DNA of 64,000 bases from assembly GCA_964618455.1 (NCBI GenBank), contig CAZUAQ010000031.1:2672-66671 (forward strand). The letters are read 5' to 3'. The number at the start of each line of letters is the position of its first letter. Positions within the stretch are counted from its first letter, which is position 1. The notes under the pieces were generated by a model. That model had not been told where the DNA came from. It did not search any database and saw nothing but the letters and a program-made list of their open reading frames with translations. Source of the DNA: an uncultured Planctomycetales bacterium (GTDB lineage Bacteria; Planctomycetota; Phycisphaerae; UBA1845; PWPN01). Shown here in pieces: positions 48,520-56,240 of the stretch. A program made the translations under genes and the position numbers.

Positions 48520-51500
48520 GAATGACGGGGATCAGGGCCATCGAGGTTTCCATCCAACTGCCGCAGGAGCAGCCTCCGCCTCCCTCGGGGCTGAGCACCA
48601 TGCCCTGGGCGGGAATCGTGCTGATCCAGCAGTCGGGGCGGACGCGATTCCAGCGCGTGCCTCCGCCATCCGTGCGGTCCCACATGGTCAACTGGCCGGC
48701 TCGCAGGAAGAGGGCATTGGTCGAGCAGGTGTAGGTGCCGCACTGGTGACCTCCGGGGAACTTGCGATCCACCTGCGCGCCGTCCTTCTCACGGAATGTG
48801 TAGGGGCGAACGACAATATCGCCCTGGACGATGGCGGGGCGCGACAGATGCTTGCCGTGATGATCCACTTCCCACTTGTCCCGTCGCGACCAGACCGGTG
48901 AGCCATCCTGCGGGCTGAAGGCGGCCACTTCGAACTCGCCTTCCCGGGACACGACGGTGATCAGGTTCTCATCGCCTGCCGCCAGGTAGAAGGTGATGTC
49001 GCCCTCGAGACCTTCGTAAGGTTTCTCCCACAGCAATCGACCGCTGGTCGCATCCAACGCCACCATGAAGGTATCCAGCCACATTTCCTTCATACTGACC
49101 CGCCGGGAGGGGGCGGCTTTGACCGTCGGATGGCGTGTCTCGACGAAGTAGAGTGTTTCATCTTTGAGCGTGATGGTCGGGTTGAGAATCACGCCGTCTT
49201 CGTAGGACCACACGACACGATGCGGATCTTCGTTTTCCATGGCGAAGATGCGGTCGCTGCAGATCTTGGAGGTGGCGGAGGGATCCTTGCCATCATACCA
49301 CTTGTCCGGTCCCCACCAAGCGATGTAACTGGATCCCTTTTTCACGGCACTGCCGAACAGAAGATCTCCCTCTCGCGCCACGTAGCCCCAGTCCCACTGC
49401 CAATCGCTCTTCGTGCCGGGCTTGACCACGTGTTGGGAGACGATCTTGCCCGTGGCGGCATTCACCCGCCAGCACTCCTGGCCGACCGCCAGGAACACGT
49501 GCTCCTCATCAGCACACCAATTCCCCGTATCGCGCGGGATGTTGAAACGGAGCAGATCTGGAATCTCGAGCGACCACAGGATGGTGCCGTTGTAAGCGTC
49601 CACGGCGATCACGCGCTGAAGCCCCTGCATGAACAATCGGCCCTGTGTGGAGAGCGGGGCAGGCTTGCGATTGCCGCGATCGGATTGGTAGCGGGGTCCG
49701 GGGCGACCGACCCACTGAACTTCGAGATCCGTCGTGAAGCGGGATTCGGCGAGCGTTTCCCCGGCGAAGGCCGAGTTGTCCGGAGTGCCGTACATGTGGG
49801 ACCAGTCGGCGGCCCCCTCAAAGGCCGGCTTCCGCGCCATGCGGACGCCGCCTTCCTTCGGCAGCATGGCGATCCCGTGGTGGGGCTGGATCAGCGACAA
49901 GGCGATCTCGTCAAGCCCTGCGATGGATTCGCCCGCCAGGCCTCGTTCGGAAACTACCAGATTCGCAAAGTGCAGGGGAATTCTCAACTCGCTCATGGAA
50001 TCGACGGCGTAAACGGCCATCCGGTTTCCATACACACCTGCATCCAGCCACTTCGCTCTTAAGCGCTCGACGCGCTCAGGATCCGTATCGAAGGCGATGA
50101 CCTTCATATCGGATTTGGTGGCGACGGCGGCCGAGAGTTCACCGTCCGTGACACCCAGGACGAGGCAGACCCCGCGCTTCGACGGCAACTGCTCGATCAT
50201 CTTGGCGGCGTTGCGCCGGTCGCGATCCGTGCAGAGCCCGTCCAGTCGCGCTTCCAGGGGAGGCACGCAGTAATTGAAGCTCGTATCGCACAAGTACTTT
50301 TTCGAATCTTCCAGGCTGTCGGCCTTCTTCAATTTCAACGCGTACCGGTATTCCACCTCCTGGCGGAGCCCGGGGATCGAGACGCGGTGTTCCAACCGTT
50401 CCCTTCCGTCCCCCAGGAGCCTGGGGTCCTCGTCATACCAGAAGGCCAGGCGCGTGGGGGTCGGTTCATCCGTCTGCCACACGACGACGGCCGTGGACGG
50501 ATCCGCGAAGTGCAGGGCTGGGCCGCTGAGCGGCGTCAGGCCGCTATCCTCCTGATGTTCATCCTTGAGCGTCACCGGTGGCGGAAAGAGCGCCTTGCGG
50601 GCATCGTAGTGGACGGCCAGCGTCTCATCGTCCAGGGCGACATCGTACAACCTGACTTCATGAAGCAGGCCTTTCATCCGGAAGTGTTCGTCGTCATCAC
50701 GGTAGGCGCCGATGTGATAGAACGCGTGATCCGGGTAATCGATGGGGCCGCTCTGTTTGTCCGAAGACGCGACGAGCTTGCCGTCGACGTAGAGTTTGAT
50801 GGTTCGGCCGTCATACGTGCCCGCGACGTGATGCCATTCACCACCGCGCAGGCCCTGCGGCGAGACCACCCAGGTCAAGCCGTTGTCTCCACCGGCCCCC
50901 TTGACCGCGAAGCCGGGACGATCCTTGCGGTAGCCGAGAATCCATCCGCGTTCGTAACTGCCGTTGTCCTGCGTCATGGAAACGATGCCGCCCCATTCCT
51001 GGCCTTGATCGACACGCGCCCAGGCAGTCGCGGTCATCGCCTCCTCCGGGCGGTCGACCTGCTTGAAATCCTCGGCCACCTGGACACCGCTCGTTTCGCC
51101 GTCCATGGCGAGGGCCTGCACCTTCCCCGCGCGTTCGATGAGCGTCTGGCCCATGATCAGGGCGTCAGCCCCGCCGGCCAGGTTACGGACCTTCGCGCCG
51201 TAGCGCCGCGATCCCGCACCCCCGACCAGGGTGTCGGACTGGAAGACCCAGCGATCGAGCAGCGCGGGATGCTCGACCTTCTCGATGGCGGGGGCATCTC
51301 CCAGGTTCTCGAATGGACTCTGTTGTCGGGTAGAGGACTCGGGCGCGGGAGTGGTGGCCGACTTTCCCGGCTGGAAACAGTGAATCGTTCCGCGATCGGT
51401 GCTGACCAGCAGTCGTTCACTCGCCACCGCCAGTCCATAGGCCCGGCCGCTCACCTTCCCCGACCATGCGAGATGACCATTGTGGGCGTCATAGGCACCG

Positions 51501-52624
51501 ATTTCATCGTACCCGCCGGCGATGATGTAGCGGCCCGCCTTGATCATCGCGTAGGGATGCGTGCAGTCTTCGACCCAGAGGAGTTCCTGTCGACTGCGAC
51601 TCATGGTGCCCAACGTGGTGTCGCGGAGCATGACCACGGAATCTTCATCGACAAGGACCTGGTTCCCGCGATCGTAGCTGGCGATTTTGGCGCGTGTCTG
51701 CGTGGACGAATCGGTGATCCAGCCTTTCTTGTTGCCGGGGCCGTGCAGAATACGATCGTCATCGGTCAGCAGGACGAAGCTGCCCCCTCCACCACTCAGG
51801 GCTCCGAGGCGTTTGCCTGTCATTCGATCGAAGAGCATTGGGGGGACGCGGCCTTGAGGCACCACGAGCGTGGAGGCGGAGGCCAACATGGCGCCTTCCA
51901 AGGACGACTCCAGCCCCAGATGCTGGATCCACCGATGCGGTCCGTCGGGCCGGCCAGTGTCCGCGTCGACCGCGCAGAGCATCGAGTCCTTCCACGGAAG
52001 CATCGAAGCCCCGAAGTAGGCGGTATCGTCCACGATCACCACGCCCGTGCGCACAGGCCAGAAAGAGATCAGTCGCTGGTTGTTCAGGACGCGGCGCGCG
52101 GGGGTCTTGCCTTCGCGCTTTGCTTCATGAAGACTGGGACTGAATTTCCAGATCAGATCGCCGTTGATCGCGTCAATGCAATACGCGTGGCCGTCGTCCG
52201 AGCCGAAGTAGAGTTTGCCGGAAGCATAGGTCGGGGCCACGCGAATCGGGCCGTCGGTGGTGAAACGCCACTCGGCTTTGCCGTTGGAAAGACTCAGTTT
52301 GTGGATCGAATCGTCGGCGCTGGATCCGAAGTAGACGGCGCCGTCGACCACGATCGGATGGAAGACGGGGTCGTAGTTCCGCATGGATTTGAGATCTTTG
52401 ACCTGGGCATAGGCGTCCCACTTGGCAGGACCGGGCCAGGCGGGGGCAGGCGGCTGTGAGGATTGCCACGTCCAGGCTTCCTCGAGCGCCGTGGCCTCGA
52501 GCGATTCCCGGGATACGCCGGATCGTGCTGGATCCGCGCGATACATGGGCCAGTCCATCGCCCAGGTCGAACTGCATGTGGAGGTCAGGAAGACGATACT
52601 GCTCAGCAACCATCCTTGCCGCAT
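48509..52624 (-). CDS. PQQ-like beta-propeller repeat protein with LamG, FN3-like and methyltransferase-like domains
   Basis: Signal peptide; DWPMYRAD..RSG; repeated YFGS.DG/W.F blades; LamG (WHHVAGTYDG..LYVDG); VCLVLGVTDG/VIAFD Rossmann-like segment; C-terminal RPDCW...GGCSC. Confidence 0.85.
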   Translation of the reverse strand: MRQGWLLSSIVFLTSTCSSTWAMDWPMYRADPARSGVSRESLEATALEEAWTWQSSQPPAPAWPGPAKWDAYAQVKDLKSMRNYDPVFHPIVVDGAVYFGSSADDSIHKLSLSNGKAEWRFTTDGPIRVAPTYASGKLYFGSDDGHAYCIDAINGDLIWKFSPSLHEAKREGKTPARRVLNNQRLISFWPVRTGVVIVDDTAYFGASMLPWKDSMLCAVDADTGRPDGPHRWIQHLGLESSLEGAMLASASTLVVPQGRVPPMLFDRMTGKRLGALSGGGGSFVLLTDDDRILHGPGNKKGWITDSSTQTRAKIASYDRGNQVLVDEDSVVMLRDTTLGTMSRSRQELLWVEDCTHPYAMIKAGRYIIAGGYDEIGAYDAHNGHLAWSGKVSGRAYGLAVASERLLVSTDRGTIHCFQPGKSATTPAPESSTRQQSPFENLGDAPAIEKVEHPALLDRWVFQSDTLVGGAGSRRYGAKVRNLAGGADALIMGQTLIERAGKVQALAMDGETSGVQVAEDFKQVDRPEEAMTATAWARVDQGQEWGGIVSMTQDNGSYERGWILGYRKDRPGFAVKGAGGDNGLTWVVSPQGLRGGEWHHVAGTYDGRTIKLYVDGKLVASSDKQSGPIDYPDHAFYHIGAYRDDDEHFRMKGLLHEVRLYDVALDDETLAVHYDARKALFPPPVTLKDEHQEDSGLTPLSGPALHFADPSTAVVVWQTDEPTPTRLAFWYDEDPRLLGDGRERLEHRVSIPGLRQEVEYRYALKLKKADSLEDSKKYLCDTSFNYCVPPLEARLDGLCTDRDRRNAAKMIEQLPSKRGVCLVLGVTDGELSAAVATKSDMKVIAFDTDPERVERLRAKWLDAGVYGNRMAVYAVDSMSELRIPLHFANLVVSERGLAGESIAGLDEIALSLIQPHHGIAMLPKEGGVRMARKPAFEGAADWSHMYGTPDNSAFAGETLAESRFTTDLEVQWVGRPGPRYQSDRGNRKPAPLSTQGRLFMQGLQRVIAVDAYNGTILWSLEIPDLLRFNIPRDTGNWCADEEHVFLAVGQECWRVNAATGKIVSQHVVKPGTKSDWQWDWGYVAREGDLLFGSAVKKGSSYIAWWGPDKWYDGKDPSATSKICSDRIFAMENEDPHRVVWSYEDGVILNPTITLKDETLYFVETRHPTVKAAPSRRVSMKEMWLDTFMVALDATSGRLLWEKPYEGLEGDITFYLAAGDENLITVVSREGEFEVAAFSPQDGSPVWSRRDKWEVDHHGKHLSRPAIVQGDIVVRPYTFREKDGAQVDRKFPGGHQCGTYTCSTNALFLRAGQLTMWDRTDGGGTRWNRVRPDCWISTIPAQGMVLSPEGGGGCSCGSWMETSMALIPVIHER

Positions 52625-52973
52625 GAGAGGAATCCTTGGATATCTGAGTCAAACGAGGGGCCTTGACGGTGCCTCTAATGTCCGATGGAGGAGAGGCCGA
52701 ATTGTCTTTGTCTAAAGGGGGGCATGCCCTGGAAAGCCCACATTGCATTCTACTTGGGGAAGGCGGATTCAGATACCAGCGAAATGTCAAGACTTGACTA
52801 ACTTTAAGGTGACGACGACCACGCGGCCCAACCCTGAGTCCTGTGGTCCGAAGTGGAGTTGTGGTTCGGATGGTATATGATGCATGCGGATGGGCCAAAC
52901 CGCTCAGTTGTGTCTAATTCGGATCAGAGGATTCAGGGTCCTCTGTTGTCATCCTCCGGAAATCTGGAGAAGC

Positions 52974-54764
52974 ATGGTGGAGTGGGCGCTTATGGGGCAT
53001 GGAACACGAGTCGTCGCTGCCGGAGTTACGCTATTGTGGTGTTTGGGCGCCTGTAACTCTGACGAGCAGAGGCCATCCCCCGAGGGGGAACAGTTCACTG
53101 AAGAAGACGCCCAGGAAGACTCGGCTGGCGGTGAGCGGAATCAGGTGACCGATGACGCCTGGCTGGTCGATGTGAGCGAAGAAGTGGGCCTGGTTTTCCA
53201 TCATGATGCCGGCGCACATGGGAATTTCTATTTCCCCGAGATCATGGGCTCCGGAGGTGCCTGGATCGATGGCGACCAGGATGGTGATCTCGATGCTTAT
53301 TTGATTCAAGGGGGAATCCTGGGGAAACCTGAGAGCGACATCACCAACCGGTACTTCCGCAACGAGAACGGCATTTTCGAGGAGGCAACGGAGGCGTCCG
53401 GCCTTGGCGATGCCGGCTACGGGATGGGCTGCTGCGTCGGCGATGTCAACAATGACGGATACGCCGACGTCTACGTGACCAATGTCGGCCGAAACCGGCT
53501 CTATCTGAATCAGGGTGACGGGACGTTCACGGACACCACCGAACGGGCTGATGTCGGCCACGAGGGGTGGGGCACGAGCTGCACCTTTCTCGATGACGAC
53601 GGTGACGGCTGGCTCGATCTGTTCCTGGTCAATTACGTGCGATGGCAGCCCGAACTGGAGAAAGTGTGTCGAGGGGACAACGGGGATCAGGACTACTGCT
53701 CGCCCACGGCGTATGACGCTCCCGCGCAGGATATCCTGTACAGGAATCGTGGGGACGGCACGTTCGAGGACGTCACCCAACAATCCGGCATCCATGCGGC
53801 GCGAGGCAACGGTCTGGGCGTGGTCGCCGGTGACTTCGACGATGACGGTCGGACGGATCTCTACGTCGCCAATGACCAGACGCCGAATCAACTCTGGTTC
53901 AACGAAGGGAACGGTCGTTTCAAGGACGAAGCCCTGGTGTCCGGGACGGCGTACAACGAGATGGGGCTCAGCGAGGCCGGCATGGGGGTCGATGCCGCGG
54001 ATTTTGACAACGACGGCGACCTGGATCTTTGGATAACCCATCTCGATATGGAGACGCACACGTTCTACCGCAATCTTGGCGGGCGGGTCTTCCGGGATGA
54101 AACCGTCCGGCTCGGGGTGGCGCGGTGGAGCCTGAAGCATACCGGGTTCGGCACGATGTTATTCGACTGTGACCACGACGGTCTTCTGGACGTGTTTGTG
54201 GCCAACGGGAGGGTCGTGCTCGATTTCGAGCAGGGGGCATTCACGAGGGGGGCCAAACCTTTTGCGGAAGCGGACACACTGGCCCGCCAGACGCCCGAGG
54301 GCCGCTTGATGGATGTGAGCGATCGCGGGGGCAGCGCCATCCTTTCGCCATCGGTGGGGCGAGGGGCGATGTTCGGTGACTACGATGGTGACGGGGATCT
54401 GGATATTCTCGTGACGCGAAACCGGGGAGCGGCGGCCCTTCTTCGCAATGATGCGCCCAAGTCGGGGTCCTGGCTTCGGATTCGGGCCGTGTCTGGCGAA
54501 CCGCCTCGCGACGCCATCGGGGCAGCGATCTTCGCCGAGCTTGCCGGCGGAAGCACCCTGAGGCGGGATGTCCGTCCAGGGGCGGGGTACTGCGGCTCGA
54601 ACGCTCCGGAGATCCACATGGCGTTGAATCCGACGGACACCATCACGCGATTGCGGGTTCGCTGGCCGGACGGAAGTCGGGAGACATTCACGCCGCCGGA
54701 TCTCAATACGATCTCGACACTTCGGCAGGGCAGCGGTCAACCTGACCAGGAGCCTGACGCATGA
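52974..54764 (+). CDS. CRTAC1/ASPIC-UnbV family FG-GAP repeat lipoprotein
   Basis: Repeated D.D.DG..D motifs, C-terminal DAIGA...VRWPDG, LGAC lipobox; start position uncertain. Confidence 0.88.
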   Translation: MVEWALMGHGTRVVAAGVTLLWCLGACNSDEQRPSPEGEQFTEEDAQEDSAGGERNQVTDDAWLVDVSEEVGLVFHHDAGAHGNFYFPEIMGSGGAWIDGDQDGDLDAYLIQGGILGKPESDITNRYFRNENGIFEEATEASGLGDAGYGMGCCVGDVNNDGYADVYVTNVGRNRLYLNQGDGTFTDTTERADVGHEGWGTSCTFLDDDGDGWLDLFLVNYVRWQPELEKVCRGDNGDQDYCSPTAYDAPAQDILYRNRGDGTFEDVTQQSGIHAARGNGLGVVAGDFDDDGRTDLYVANDQTPNQLWFNEGNGRFKDEALVSGTAYNEMGLSEAGMGVDAADFDNDGDLDLWITHLDMETHTFYRNLGGRVFRDETVRLGVARWSLKHTGFGTMLFDCDHDGLLDVFVANGRVVLDFEQGAFTRGAKPFAEADTLARQTPEGRLMDVSDRGGSAILSPSVGRGAMFGDYDGDGDLDILVTRNRGAAALLRNDAPKSGSWLRIRAVSGEPPRDAIGAAIFAELAGGSTLRRDVRPGAGYCGSNAPEIHMALNPTDTITRLRVRWPDGSRETFTPPDLNTISTLRQGSGQPDQEPDA

Positions 54765-56185
54765 CAGGGCCGATCGCTCGATCATCGATGAGGACTTACA
54801 CCGTGCGTGAGCAGGCGGCCCGGGCATTCGTGTTGCTCTGTCTGGCCTTGTCGTGTGTGGCCTGTGGAGATGGACCGGGTAAGGGGACGGATGTCCGCGA
54901 AGAGCGCGACCTACCCACATTGGAGGCAGCGCTCGCCGATCCCAAGGCTCTGCGAAACGTGTGCGAGCAGGTCGGTGTGCCCGCGCCGCCACCGCTGGAA
55001 ACCCTGGATCAAGAATCGGCAAGGGCCTTCTACCGAGCCTTGACGGAAGCGCTGAAAAACCCGAGTGATGCGTCGCGCATGGGTCGACTGAGGATGATCT
55101 ATCACGCGTACGACTTGCCGGCATCGGCGGCGGAGGCCTATACGATCGCTGCGCAACGCGATGCCACGGAATTCGATTGGCGCTACTACCATGGCACGGC
55201 TCTTGTAGAGCAGGGACAACTGCCTGAAGCAGCCCTCGAGTTTCGCGCAGCGATCCAACTCCGGCCGGCGTACGCGGCAACTTACGCTCGACTGGGGGAT
55301 GTGTACATCAGCCTCGGCGACCACGAGGCGGCTCGATCGATGTATGTAAAACTGAAAGACCTTCGCCCCGACAATCCCACGGGATATTGGGGACTCGCCC
55401 GGATCGCGCAGGCCGAGGGTGACGAGGAGGGCGCGCTCAAGCTGCTTGAGGAAGCTGTCAACAAACGTCCGTTGAATGCTCAGATCGTGTATGCGTTCGG
55501 GATGGCCTGTCGTGACGTTGGGGATGTCGAGAAAGCCCGCCGTTATCTCGACGAGGCCTCCAGGATGACCAGGAAGCCCGTGCTGGACGATCCACTGACT
55601 TTCACGCTGGAGGCGCTCAACACGTCGGTTTCGGCGGGGCAGGACCGCCTGGAAGCCGCCCTATCGCGCGGGCAGGGTCGCGAAGCAGTGCGAATCGGCG
55701 AGGATCTGATACGCCGGGCGCCTGAGGAGTATTCCATCGTCGTCAATCTCGCCGAAGCCTGTCGCCAGACAGGGGACTACGCACGGGCCAGGGAGCTGGC
55801 CGGCCGGGCCACTGAATTGAGCCCCACGCGTCCGCTGGCCTTCAGCCTGCTTGCCCGGCTCAGCGCGGAGCAGGGTGACCTTGAGTCCGCCCGCGGGCAC
55901 ATGGAGCGGGCGCTGGATCTGGATGCGCATTCGGGTGACAACTGGGCGCGACTGGGCGCCATTCATCATGCGTTGAACAACGCGCAGGAGGCGACGCAGT
56001 GTTTGAAGAAGTCGCTCAAGCTGGACAACGACCAACCGGCACGCTGGCAGATGCTGACGGAGATACAGGTCGCGACAGGGGATTACGCAGGCGCCGCCGC
56101 TACCTTGAAACGGTACATGGAACTGTACCCGCACGACGAAGGTGCCCGGCGGAAATGGCAGTCGATCCAGAACCTCCTGAACTGA
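54761..56185 (+). CDS. tetratricopeptide repeat (lipo)protein
   Basis: Multiple TPR-like helix pairs; possible lipobox CVAC; ATGA overlap with the upstream gene. Confidence 0.85.
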   Translation: MTGPIARSSMRTYTVREQAARAFVLLCLALSCVACGDGPGKGTDVREERDLPTLEAALADPKALRNVCEQVGVPAPPPLETLDQESARAFYRALTEALKNPSDASRMGRLRMIYHAYDLPASAAEAYTIAAQRDATEFDWRYYHGTALVEQGQLPEAALEFRAAIQLRPAYAATYARLGDVYISLGDHEAARSMYVKLKDLRPDNPTGYWGLARIAQAEGDEEGALKLLEEAVNKRPLNAQIVYAFGMACRDVGDVEKARRYLDEASRMTRKPVLDDPLTFTLEALNTSVSAGQDRLEAALSRGQGREAVRIGEDLIRRAPEEYSIVVNLAEACRQTGDYARARELAGRATELSPTRPLAFSLLARLSAEQGDLESARGHMERALDLDAHSGDNWARLGAIHHALNNAQEATQCLKKSLKLDNDQPARWQMLTEIQVATGDYAGAAATLKRYMELYPHDEGARRKWQSIQNLLN

Positions 56186-56240
56186 TGTGGCAGTGCGAAC
56201 GCCACCCGGGTGGGCCACAACCCTTGATCACTTCGAAGCG

